This document shows, in pieces, positions 9,475 to 18,456 of a stretch of DNA of 64,000 nt. The notes beneath the pieces were generated by a model that was given only the letters and a program-made list of their open reading frames with translations, ran no database searches and was not told the DNA's origin. Every line of letters begins with the position of its first letter. Within the stretch, counting starts at the first letter, position 1. Both the position numbers and the translations under genes were made by a program. The stretch is from an uncultured Pseudomonadota bacterium (lineage in GTDB: Bacteria > Pseudomonadota > Alphaproteobacteria > JACZXZ01), in contig CAVVLJ010000017.1 in NCBI GenBank assembly GCA_963749075.1, forward strand, positions 416,001 through 480,000. The letters are read 5' to 3'.

Positions 9475-10151
9475 TGGATGCCAAGTTCTCGAATTTCTGC
9501 GAGCGCGATCTCGCGCAGCTGCCCTCGCTCGCGCGCGGCGAGGCGGGGGTCACGGAAGTTCCCCTCCTCCGTGCGACAGCCGAGACGCTTCAAGGCTACG
9601 GCCACCTGGTCCGCGACTTTGCCGCAGCCGAGGTCACCATCGTCACCTGGCCGCAGCCGGGCTGGCGCCGCATCGTGCCCGGCACCGGCAACGAGGGCGG
9701 GATCGTCGCCGACGTCTTCCGCATGGAGCGGCGCGGCCAGCTCCAGCACGCCGTCAATCAGGCGGTCGGGCGCAGCTACGTCACCGGCTGGTTCGCCGAC
9801 CCGGCGACGGCGTCGGAGGACAGCGCCGAGGGCGATTTCACGCGCATCTATACCCACGAGGCCAACTATCATCCCGACGGCGGCCAGATCTTCTTTCCGC
9901 GCGCGGGGGCACCCTTCGTGGCGCTTCTGGCGAAAGCCGGCGACGACGCGCGCCCGGAGGACTTCGTCGCCTTCTATTTCGACGGCAGCCGCGGCGTGCA
10001 CATCGATCCTTGTGTCTGGCACCAGCCGGTCTTCCCGCTCGCCGCACGCGCGGTGTTCGACGACAAGCAGGGCCGCGTCCATGCCTGCGTCGCCGTCGAC
10101 TTCCTCTCGGAGTTCGGCCGCTACCTCTCGGTGCCGTTACGCGCCGTCTGA
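9475..10151 (+). CDS. Ureidoglycolate lyase-like cupin protein
   Basis: Cupin-type motifs HEANYHPDGGQIFFP and GVHIDPCVWHQP; LQGYG near the N-terminus. Start could be 9462. Confidence 0.65.
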
Positions 10152-10161
10152 GATGCCGCGC

Positions 10162-10926
10162 TCAGCCCTGCACGGAATAGCCGCCGTCGACCGGGATCGC
10201 GGTGCCGGTGAGAAAATCGGAGGCAGGGCTCGCGAGGAAGACCGCGATGCCGGCAAGGTCGCGGGGCTCGCCCCAGCGGCCGGCCGGGGTGCGGGCGAGC
10301 ACGCGCTCGTGCAGGCCCTCCACCTCGCGCCGCGCCCGGCGCGTGAGATCGGTGTCGATCCAGCCCGGCAGCACGGAATTCACCTGGATGTCGTGTTTGG
10401 CCCAGGCGGTGGCGAGCGCCCTGGTGAGCTGCACCACGCCGCCCTTGCTCGCCGCATAGGGCGTCGCGAAGGAGGCCGCGAAGATCGACATCATCGAGCC
10501 GATGTTGATGATCTTGCCCTTGCCGGCGCTCAGCAGCGCGGGATAGGCGGCCTGGCAGCAATAGAAGATGGCCGAGAGGTTGGTCTCGATCACGGTGTGC
10601 CATTCCTCGAGGGTATATTCCTGAGGGGCATGGCGAATATTGGTGCCGGCATTGTTGACGAGGATATCGAGCCGCCCGAAGCGCTGCACGGTCGCCTCTA
10701 CCATGGCCTGGCAGGCCTTGCGGTCGGTCACGTCGACCTCCACGGATGCGGCCTTGGCGCCATGGCCCGCGAGCGCCTTTACGGCGGCGGTGTTCTTCGC
10801 CGCATTGCGGCCGGCGACCATGACGGCGGCACCCGCCTCCGCCAGGCCCTCCGCCATGCCGAGTCCGATGCCGCCGTTGCCGCCCGTGACGAGTGCGACG
10901 CGTCCCGCTAGATCGAATGACGTCAT
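10162..10926 (-). CDS. SDR oxidoreductase, KduD/gluconate 5-dehydrogenase-like
   Basis: FDLAGRVALVTGGNGGIG, GKIINIGSM, YAASKGG, PAGRWGEP, IPVDGGY. Confidence 0.88.
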   Translation of the reverse strand: MTSFDLAGRVALVTGGNGGIGLGMAEGLAEAGAAVMVAGRNAAKNTAAVKALAGHGAKAASVEVDVTDRKACQAMVEATVQRFGRLDILVNNAGTNIRHAPQEYTLEEWHTVIETNLSAIFYCCQAAYPALLSAGKGKIINIGSMMSIFAASFATPYAASKGGVVQLTRALATAWAKHDIQVNSVLPGWIDTDLTRRARREVEGLHERVLARTPAGRWGEPRDLAGIAVFLASPASDFLTGTAIPVDGGYSVQG

Positions 10927-10962
10927 GATGCTCCTCCCCGCCGCAGCGCCCGGCCGCGGTCC

Positions 10963-12159
10963 CTATAGGATATTGGCGACGCGCGTGAGCGCCTCTTCGG
11001 TCTCCTCGAGCCCGCTCACCAGCGCCAGGCGGATGTAGCTCCGGCTCGCGTTGGCGCCGTCGGCACCGGGCCGCGTGAGATAGGCGCCGGGCAGTGCTTT
11101 GACGCCCGCCTCGGCCCAGAGGCGCCTGGCCGCGGCCTCGCCGTCGCCCACCTCGAGCCAGAGATAGAAGCCGCCCGCCGGCCGATAGAAGCCCAAGCGG
11201 CCCTTGAGCAGCCGCTCCGCGATGTCGAACTTGGCGCGGTAGGCGGCGCGCGTCTCCACCACGTGCGCCTCGTCGCGCCACAGCGCGGTCGCCGCCTCGA
11301 GCGTGGCGACCGGCGTCGCGGCGCAGCTGTAGGTGCGCAGGCGGTGGAAGAGCGCCATGGCATGGGGTGCGCCCACCGCGAAGCCGGAGCGCAGACCCGG
11401 CGCGCTCGAGCGCTTGGAGAGCGTGTGGAAGACGAGGAGATTGTCGAGCGAGCCGCCGAGCGCCGCCGCGGCCTCGAGCGAGCCCGTGGGCGGCGCCTCG
11501 GTCGTGTAGATCTCCGCGTAGCACTCGTCCATCACGAGGAGGAAGTCGTGCTCGCGCGCAAGTGCCAAGACCCGCTTGAGGTAATCGAGGTCCGCCACGG
11601 CGCCCTGCGGGTTCGCCGGCGAGCAGAGATACATGAGCTGGGTGCGCTCGAGCGTCGCGGAATCGAGCGCCTCGAGGGCCGGGAGGAAGCCGGTCTCGCG
11701 CGTGGCCGGGAGGAAGATCGGCTCCGCCCCGGCGAGGAGTGCGGCACCCACATAGACCTGATAGAACGGATTGGGCATGAGTGCCAGAGGCCGCGCATGG
11801 CCGCCGTTCTCGGCCGTGATGCCGAGCGTGGCCGCCATATAGAGCCCCTCCCGCGTGCCTGCGCAAGGCGAGATCATGGTCTCGGGATCGATCATCCCCT
11901 CGGGCAGGCGGTAGCGGTGCACGAGCCAGTCGGCGCACGCCTTGCGGAACTCGGGCGTGCCATTGAGCGGCGGATAGCGGTTCCAGCTATCGGCCCGCCG
12001 GTCGATGAGGGAGCGGATGAAGGCCGGCGGCTGGTGCTGCGGCTCGCCCACCGAGAGGTCGATCGGCATCAGGTTGGTGCGCGGCCCGCTCGCGGCGATC
12101 AGATCGGCAAGGCGTTTGAAGGGGGAGTCGCGCAGGGCTTCCAGGCGGCTGTTGAGCAT
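10963..12159 (-). CDS. Class I/II PLP aminotransferase (DapC-like)
   Basis: LSVGEPQH, PNPFYQVY, LCSPANPQGAV, MDECYAEIY, PLP-lysine motif TLSKRSSAPGLRSG. Confidence 0.88.
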   Translation of the reverse strand: MLNSRLEALRDSPFKRLADLIAASGPRTNLMPIDLSVGEPQHQPPAFIRSLIDRRADSWNRYPPLNGTPEFRKACADWLVHRYRLPEGMIDPETMISPCAGTREGLYMAATLGITAENGGHARPLALMPNPFYQVYVGAALLAGAEPIFLPATRETGFLPALEALDSATLERTQLMYLCSPANPQGAVADLDYLKRVLALAREHDFLLVMDECYAEIYTTEAPPTGSLEAAAALGGSLDNLLVFHTLSKRSSAPGLRSGFAVGAPHAMALFHRLRTYSCAATPVATLEAATALWRDEAHVVETRAAYRAKFDIAERLLKGRLGFYRPAGGFYLWLEVGDGEAAARRLWAEAGVKALPGAYLTRPGADGANASRSYIRLALVSGLEETEEALTRVANIL

Positions 12160-12356
12160 CGCGAACGATCCGGGCGGGCGCCTGAGGCCGGAGGGGACGG
12201 TGCTGACGAATGCCTCGACGCGGCCGCTACTTAGAGCGGGCCGCTCCGGCGCTGTCAAATCCTTTCACGCCCGCCGCCGCCGCGCCGCACCGCCGCCGCG
12301 CGAGCGGGTGCCAATGCACGGCGCGGCCGTGGCGGGCGCCACAGCACCGGGTCGAA

Positions 12357-12374
12357 GCAATTGATAATAATTGC
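12357..12374. promoter_or_regulatory. AT-rich inverted repeat, candidate operator (loosely Fur/Mur-box-like)
   Basis: GCAATT-GATAAT-AATTGC in the AT-rich divergent intergenic region between the aminotransferase and the GGDEF-EAL gene. Confidence 0.4.
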
Positions 12375-12527
12375 ATAACATTTTAGTCGTATAAGCGATT
12401 TGTTGCTATCCGGATCAAGGTACCAGCGCAATATTTGGACAGGATTGGACGAAAGTGCTACAAGATGTCGGTTGTTAATCACGTCGGCGTATTCGGCCAC
12501 CCTCCCTCACAGGGCGAGGAAGCGGGC

Positions 12528-15389
12528 ATGGTGGAGCGGGCTCAAGAGGCCGGTGGCATGCGTCTGCCGGCGCGCTCGCCGGTCGCCGCCAAGGCGCCGG
12601 CAGCTCCGGGAAAGGGCGGTTCCACGCGCCGCCGCTATTTGCCGGTTGCGGCGACAATCGGCGTCGGCATCATCAGCTGGATCGCCGCCTTCATCGTGGT
12701 GATGCGGCTCGAGGCGGGTGCCGCGCTCTCCGAGCTCGACGCCTATGCCAAGAACCAGTCCGTCATCCTGCAGGAGCGGGTCACGGACTATGGCGCCCTC
12801 CTGCGCGATCTGCAGGCCTATTTCGACGCGTCGGGAGGCAAGCTCGAGCGCGATCAGTTCGCGAGCCTGGCGGGCGAGTTGCTGCGGCGCCAGGTCGGTA
12901 TCCATGCGCTCGAGTGGATACCGCGCGTAAAGCCCGGCGAGCGCGAGGACTTCCAGGCGGCCGCGCGCCGCGCCGGCCTCGCCGGTTTTCACATCACCGA
13001 GCGCGCCGCCGGCGGCGGCGTCGCGGAAGCAGCACCTCGGGACGACTATTACCCGGTCTTGGACGTGGTGCCGCAAAAGGGCAACGAGGAGGACCTGGGC
13101 CTCGATTTGGCAGCGGGCCCGCCCGGACGCGCCGCGCTCGAAAAAGCGCGCGATACGGGAGAGCTCGTCGCCACCGCCCCGCGCGAGCTCGGACCGGGCG
13201 GCAGGCTCGGCAAAGGCTTTCTCATCCTCGCCCCGGTCTACAGCGCAGGGTCGCGCCATGACACGGTGGACGCGCGGCGCGCGAGCTTCCTCGGCGTGTT
13301 CGCCGGCTCCTTCCGCATCGGCGCCATCATCGATGCGATCGGCTCCGGCGCCGCGAAGCCCGGCGGCTTTGACCGCTACCTCTACGATCAGAGCGCAGGC
13401 GATGCCGAGCGACTGCTCGACTTCACGCCGTCGGCGCAACGCGAGGCGCCGAAGCCGATGCTGGCGGAGAGCGCGCTCGCCCGCGTGCTCCATTGGGAGG
13501 GCACCATCAAGGTCGCCAACCGCGACTGGACCCTTGCCTTCGTGCCGGTGCGTCCCTTCGGCATCACCACGCTCAGCTGGAATGCCGTCGGTGCGCTCGT
13601 CGAGGGCGCCGCGATGACCGGCATGATCGTCCTCTATCAGCTGCTGTCGCTGCGGCGCACCGAGCAGCTCGAGCTGCTCAACAGCGAGCTCGCCAACGCC
13701 AACCGCATCGTCGAGAACAGCCCGACCATCCTCTACCGCATCGGCATCGAGGACGCGCTGCCGCTCGTCTATGTATCGAGCAACGTGGAGCTCTACGGCT
13801 ACAGTCCGCATGAGCTCATGGCGCGGCCGGACCGCTGGGCCGAGCTCATCCACCCCGAGGACTACCCCGGCTTCATGGCGGACGTGAGCGCGCTCCTCGC
13901 CGGCCAGTCGGACCAGTTCCGCCGCGAGTTCCGCTGGCTCAAGCGGGACGGCGTCTGCGTCTGGTTCGATACCCGCCTGCATGCGCTGCGCGACGCCAAG
14001 GAGCGGCTGGTGGCGCTCGAAGGCATCCTCTTCGACATCACCGAGCGCAGGGTGGCGGGCGACAAGATCGCCGAGCTGGCGCGCACCGATTCGCTCACCA
14101 CGCTGCCCAACCGCTCGGCCTTCGTCGAGCGGCTGGCCTCGGCCTTCGCCGGCATCAAGCGCGGCGGCAGCCCCTTTGCCGTCATCTACCTCGACCTCGA
14201 CAACTTCAAGGACGTGAACGACGTGCTCGGCCACCCGGCGGGCGATCAGCTCCTGCGGGCGGTCGCCGACCGGCTCAAGTCCTGCATACGCGCCAACGAC
14301 CTCGTCGCCCGCTTCGGAGGCGACGAATTCGCGGTGCTGCAATCGGACGTGACCAACTCGCTGGCCGCCGCCACGCTTGCCGACAAGATCATCGAGGCCG
14401 TGGCCGCACCCTACATGCTCGACGGCGCCGAGGTGCACGTCACGACGAGCACCGGCATCTCGCTCTTCAGCCCGGACGTCTCGGGTCCAGAGGCCATGAT
14501 GCGGCAGGCCGACCTGGCGCTCTACCGCGCCAAGGAGGAGGGCCGCGGCCGCTTCTGCTTCCATTCCGCGGATCTCGACAAGCAGGTGCGCGAGCGGGTG
14601 ACGCTCGCGGACGAGCTGCGCACCGCCATCAAGTCGGGCGAGCTCGAGCTCTATTACCAGCCGCAGGTGGAGTCCGGCAGCGACCGCATCGTCGGGCTCG
14701 AGGCGCTGATCCGCTGGAACCACCCCAAGCGCGGCATGCTGTCGCCCGGGCTCTTCATCCCGATCGCGGAGAAGACGGGGCTCATCCTGCCGCTCGGCCG
14801 CTGGGTCTTCGAGGAGGCGTGCCACCAGCTCAGGATCTGGCGCGATCAGGGGATCGAGACGCCGACCATGTCCGTCAACGCGTCGGCGGTGCAGTTCAAG
14901 CCGACCTCGGACTTTGAGCGCGAGATCATGGAGAGCTTCGCCAAGTGGAACATCGCCCCCGGCGACATGGAGATCGAGCTCACGGAATCCGTGCTGATGG
15001 AGCATACGGAGAAGCAGAACAACGTCATCGAGCGCCTGCGCAAGGCCGGCGTGCGCATCGCCATCGACGACTTCGGCACCGGCTATTCGTCCCTCGATTA
15101 TCTCTCGGTCTATCCGATAACCCGCCTCAAGATCGCCCAGCAGCTCATCTCGAAGAGCATGGACGACTCGAAGAACACCGCCATCGTGCGCGCGGCGATC
15201 ACCCTTGCCCGCGATCTCGGCGTCGACGTCATCGCCGAAGGCGTCGAGACCAGGGATCAGATGAACTTCCTCGCCGAGGCCGGCTGCAAGAACGTCCAGG
15301 GCTATTACTACAGCACGCCCGTGAAGGTGGCCGATGCCACGGCGATGCTGCGCAAGGGCACGGTCGCGGGCAAGCCCGTCGAGGCCTGA
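12528..15389 (+). CDS. CHASE-PAS-GGDEF-EAL diguanylate cyclase/phosphodiesterase
   Basis: TM-flanked CHASE region (LEWIPRV, DYYPV, GLDL, ARDTG), PAS (LIHPED), RFGGDEF, GLEALIRW, AIDDFGTGYSSL, IAEGVET. Confidence 0.93.
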   Translation: MVERAQEAGGMRLPARSPVAAKAPAAPGKGGSTRRRYLPVAATIGVGIISWIAAFIVVMRLEAGAALSELDAYAKNQSVILQERVTDYGALLRDLQAYFDASGGKLERDQFASLAGELLRRQVGIHALEWIPRVKPGEREDFQAAARRAGLAGFHITERAAGGGVAEAAPRDDYYPVLDVVPQKGNEEDLGLDLAAGPPGRAALEKARDTGELVATAPRELGPGGRLGKGFLILAPVYSAGSRHDTVDARRASFLGVFAGSFRIGAIIDAIGSGAAKPGGFDRYLYDQSAGDAERLLDFTPSAQREAPKPMLAESALARVLHWEGTIKVANRDWTLAFVPVRPFGITTLSWNAVGALVEGAAMTGMIVLYQLLSLRRTEQLELLNSELANANRIVENSPTILYRIGIEDALPLVYVSSNVELYGYSPHELMARPDRWAELIHPEDYPGFMADVSALLAGQSDQFRREFRWLKRDGVCVWFDTRLHALRDAKERLVALEGILFDITERRVAGDKIAELARTDSLTTLPNRSAFVERLASAFAGIKRGGSPFAVIYLDLDNFKDVNDVLGHPAGDQLLRAVADRLKSCIRANDLVARFGGDEFAVLQSDVTNSLAAATLADKIIEAVAAPYMLDGAEVHVTTSTGISLFSPDVSGPEAMMRQADLALYRAKEEGRGRFCFHSADLDKQVRERVTLADELRTAIKSGELELYYQPQVESGSDRIVGLEALIRWNHPKRGMLSPGLFIPIAEKTGLILPLGRWVFEEACHQLRIWRDQGIETPTMSVNASAVQFKPTSDFEREIMESFAKWNIAPGDMEIELTESVLMEHTEKQNNVIERLRKAGVRIAIDDFGTGYSSLDYLSVYPITRLKIAQQLISKSMDDSKNTAIVRAAITLARDLGVDVIAEGVETRDQMNFLAEAGCKNVQGYYYSTPVKVADATAMLRKGTVAGKPVEA

Positions 15390-15427
15390 AGCCGGCGGCT
15401 GGCACTCCCCATCGTTGCGGCGAGCGT

Positions 15428-15528
15428 CACCCCCTCCCCACCCTCCCCCTTCAAGGGGGAGGGGGATTTTCGTTGCCATGCCAAGCTCTCTCCCTCCCCC
15501 CTTGAGGGGGAGGGTGGGGAGGGGGGTG
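15428..15528. repeat. ~100-bp palindromic intergenic element (alphaproteobacterial RIME/CIR/REP-like)
   Basis: Left arm CCCCTCCCCACCCTCCCCCTTCAAGGGGGAGGGGGA and right arm TCTCCCTCCCCCCTTGAGGGGGAGGGTGGGGAGGGG are near reverse complements, each with an internal hairpin; lies between convergent genes. Confidence 0.8.
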
Positions 15529-15549
15529 CGGGCGCCATGATCGTGAGGG

Positions 15550-16311
15550 CTACGAGCCCTTGGCGAACGAGTACCACTGCTGGGCGCCGTCGGCGCCGGT
15601 CCAGTAGAAATCGAGGTGGCCGTCCGTCACGGTTGCGCGGCCGCCGTTCCACTCCGCAAGCCGGCCGTCGAAGACGATGTCGTTGCCGTACACCTTGTAG
15701 TGGCCCGCCGGCTGCCCGTTGAAAGCGTATCTCCCGTCGTCCGTCATCTCGATGGTGCCCATGATGCCCGCCGTGGCGCGCCAAGTGCCGACGAGCGCAA
15801 TAAGGGCCGCGATCCTTGGCGAAACCGGCGCCCTGGCCGGGGCCGCGGCGGGCGGTGCCGCCGGGGGCCGCATGGCGACCTGCGGGGGCTGTGTTGCTCT
15901 GGGCGCCGCGGCGCTGCCGCGCGCGAGGGTGAAGTACCCGACCGCGATCACCATGCCGTTGCCGTCGTCGGGCATGAGCAAGAACTCGTAGCGGCTGGCG
16001 CGCAGCTCGTAGAGGGGAATGCTCGCCGCATAGTGTCCGTTCTTGGCGGTAGCACCGGTTTGCCGCATGACCACGCGATGGGCCACGACATCGTCGAGGC
16101 GGAGGATCATGGGCTTGCCAGGAAAGGCGCCGAGCGCACCCGCGAGCTCGAGCGAGGCGTCGCCGCGGCGCTGGTCCCACCGCGGCGTGCAGGCGATGCC
16201 GGGGCACTGGAGGTCGACCAGCCGCGCGGGCGGCAGCACCACGGCCGCGGGCGGCGCGCTGCCGCAGGCAGCGAGCCCAAGACACAAGGCAGGCGCAAGC
16301 CTCGACAACAT
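15550..16311 (-). CDS. Hypothetical lipoprotein (two domains joined by a Pro/Ala linker)
   Basis: Signal peptide with lipobox LGLAAC; Pro/Ala-rich linker; C-terminal small beta domain starting LVGTW. Confidence 0.65.
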   Translation of the reverse strand: MLSRLAPALCLGLAACGSAPPAAVVLPPARLVDLQCPGIACTPRWDQRRGDASLELAGALGAFPGKPMILRLDDVVAHRVVMRQTGATAKNGHYAASIPLYELRASRYEFLLMPDDGNGMVIAVGYFTLARGSAAAPRATQPPQVAMRPPAAPPAAAPARAPVSPRIAALIALVGTWRATAGIMGTIEMTDDGRYAFNGQPAGHYKVYGNDIVFDGRLAEWNGGRATVTDGHLDFYWTGADGAQQWYSFAKGS

Positions 16312-16373
16312 GACCAGACGTTTGTCTATATCTTGTATGGTTCGGCGTCAGAACTCTACAATACGAAGTAGCT

Positions 16374-17285
16374 CTAGGCAACCACGGCCTGTGCACCTGC
16401 CGCGCGGCGCGGCGCCATCAGCCGGTCCACCAGGACATCGAGGCGCTGGGCATCGCGCGGCGCGTGCAGCTTCGCGTCGTTGTCGAAATAGATGAATACG
16501 TCGCGCGCCTTGCGCCGAGCCGCGCGCTCGCGCTCGGCGTCCCGCGGCTCGCCGCCGAGCGCCCACGCCTTGGCGCGCGCCGCCCACGCGGCCAGCAACG
16601 TCTCGTCGTAACCGCTGGCATAGAGCTCCTCGGAGCCGTGCAGGCGGCAGTAGACGAAATCCGCCGTCAGGTCCATGAGCCGAGGCCAGGCCGCCGCATC
16701 GGCGCAAACGAGCGCCACATCGTGGGCGGCGAGGAGCTCGATGAATTCCGGCACGGCAAAGCTCTCGTTGCGGATCTCGACCGCATGGCGCACGTGGAGC
16801 GGCACCGCGGCCTCGAACCAGCCCTTGCCGCGCAGCCGATCGTCGTGGCTCCGGGCAAGACGGACGGCCGCCTCGCCGTCGTGCGGCAAGAGCTTGAGGA
16901 ACGCCTCGCAGAGCGCGGCGTCGAAGCGGAAGCTCGGCGGGAACTGCCAGAGGATGGGGCCGAGCTTGGCGCCGAGCCGCAAGAGGCCCGAGGCGATGAA
17001 ATTGGCGAGCGGCGCCCGCACGTCGCGGAGCCGCCGCACGTGCGTGATGAAGCGAGGCGCCTTGACCGAGAAGACGAAGCCCTCCGGCGTCTCCGCCGCC
17101 CAGCGCGCGAAGCTCTCGGGCCGCTGCTGGCCGTAGAAGGTGCCATTGACCTCGATCGTGCGGAAGATGCCGCTCGCATAAGCGAGCTCGCGCTTCCGCG
17201 CCAGACCCTTGGGATAGAACTCGCCGCGCCACGCCGCGTAAGTCCATCCCGAGATGCCGATGCGCACCCTGCCTCTTTGTGCCAT
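16374..17285 (-). CDS. DUF72 (YecE-like) protein
   Basis: RIGISGWTY, TIEVNGTFY, FSVKAPRFITH, LGPILWQFPPSF, HAVEIRNESF, YCRLHG, YFDND. Confidence 0.9.
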   Translation of the reverse strand: MAQRGRVRIGISGWTYAAWRGEFYPKGLARKRELAYASGIFRTIEVNGTFYGQQRPESFARWAAETPEGFVFSVKAPRFITHVRRLRDVRAPLANFIASGLLRLGAKLGPILWQFPPSFRFDAALCEAFLKLLPHDGEAAVRLARSHDDRLRGKGWFEAAVPLHVRHAVEIRNESFAVPEFIELLAAHDVALVCADAAAWPRLMDLTADFVYCRLHGSEELYASGYDETLLAAWAARAKAWALGGEPRDAERERAARRKARDVFIYFDNDAKLHAPRDAQRLDVLVDRLMAPRRAAGAQAVVA

Positions 17286-17452
17286 GGCGCCGCTGCCGCT
17301 CGCCGGTCCCGCTCCGCTGCCGCGGCGCTGCCTTGGCCGCGGCGGCGCCGCAGGATGCGATCTTAGCGCCATTCCGCGCTTGCGCGTCGAGCGTTCGTCC
17401 GCCACGGTGCCGCCTTACGGCCGCTGTCAGAGGCGGCGCCCGCCCGATGCTC

Positions 17453-18022
17453 TCAGCCGACGAAAGCGCCGAGCCCGCACTCGAAAATCCGGACCAAGGC
17501 CCAGAGGAGCAGCGCCGAGAGGGCGAGTCCGGAGACGATGCCGGGCGTTCCCGTTGCCCGGCGCGCCCAGAGGGGAAGCTCGCGCTCCTTGGCGATCCTG
17601 ATGGAGCCGGACTTGCCGCTCGGGAGATATCCCGCAAGCTTCGCCACGTGGTCCGCGAGCCGCCCCGACCAGGCGGCGATGCGCGCCTGCTCGGGCATCA
17701 TGAGCTCGAGATCGCTCGCCGGGTCGGGCGGCTCGACGAAGATGGCGAACATCGGCATGCGCCGTTGCGCGGCCGTGCGCATCTCCTCATACGCGGGCCG
17801 CGAATTCTCGGTCGCCTTGGAGACCACCAGCACGAAGGCGCGCGCTTGCTCGATCCCCCTCGGCGCCTGCCCCACGACGGCGCGGCCGCCGCGCAGGCCA
17901 CGCGGCGCCATGACGCAACGCAAGCCGTGATCCTCGAGGATGGCGCAGATATCGTTCGCCTTGGCCCAATCGGTCGGCGCAAAGCTGACGAAGGCTGCGT
18001 AGGGGAGCGCGCTTGCGGCCAT
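17453..18022 (-). CDS. TIR-domain protein with C-terminal transmembrane helix
   Basis: AFVSFAPTDWAKANDICAILEDHGLRCVMAPR...GIEQARAFVLVVSKATENSRPAYEEM follows the bacterial TIR_2 pattern; hydrophobic IVSGLALSALLLWALVRIF near the end. Confidence 0.7.
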   Translation of the reverse strand: MAASALPYAAFVSFAPTDWAKANDICAILEDHGLRCVMAPRGLRGGRAVVGQAPRGIEQARAFVLVVSKATENSRPAYEEMRTAAQRRMPMFAIFVEPPDPASDLELMMPEQARIAAWSGRLADHVAKLAGYLPSGKSGSIRIAKERELPLWARRATGTPGIVSGLALSALLLWALVRIFECGLGAFVG

Positions 18023-18456
18023 CACCCAAGGTCCGGATTGGCGGCACCCGGCCGATCCGCGGCCGGCGCAGAGCACGTCCGGCGCGGACTTGCCGCCCTG
18101 CCGGCAAAGCCATGGCGCCGGCGGGCGCCGCCGGGAAAAGTCGGAGCCGCCGCTTCTAGCAATAGAATAGGGCCAATGGTTTGAGCCAAGTCAATTGCGA
18201 AAATGCCGTCTTTCCGCCGCCGCGATGTCACGGGCAGGCGGTGCCATCGCCGGGTGCACTTGCGGCATCCCGATTTCGATCGAGGGCCGCTCCGCCGCTA
18301 CGCAACGGTTTCAGGCAGGGGTCAACGACGACGGGATCTCATAGCCCGTATCATGCGCGCCGCAGGCGGGACGCAGGCCGTCAATCCTCTCCCCTTGAGC
18401 CGCACCGAATGCCGAGCGACGCTGCGCTCCGCGAAGCGCACCATGCACCTCAGGCG

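Noticed and set aside
12507-15479. Very long antisense or alternate-frame ORFs (e.g. 12507-15479, 20423-22861, 34830-37196, 37500-39701)
   Set aside because: Shadow ORFs expected from high-GC codon bias opposite well-supported genes; they carry no recognisable motifs.
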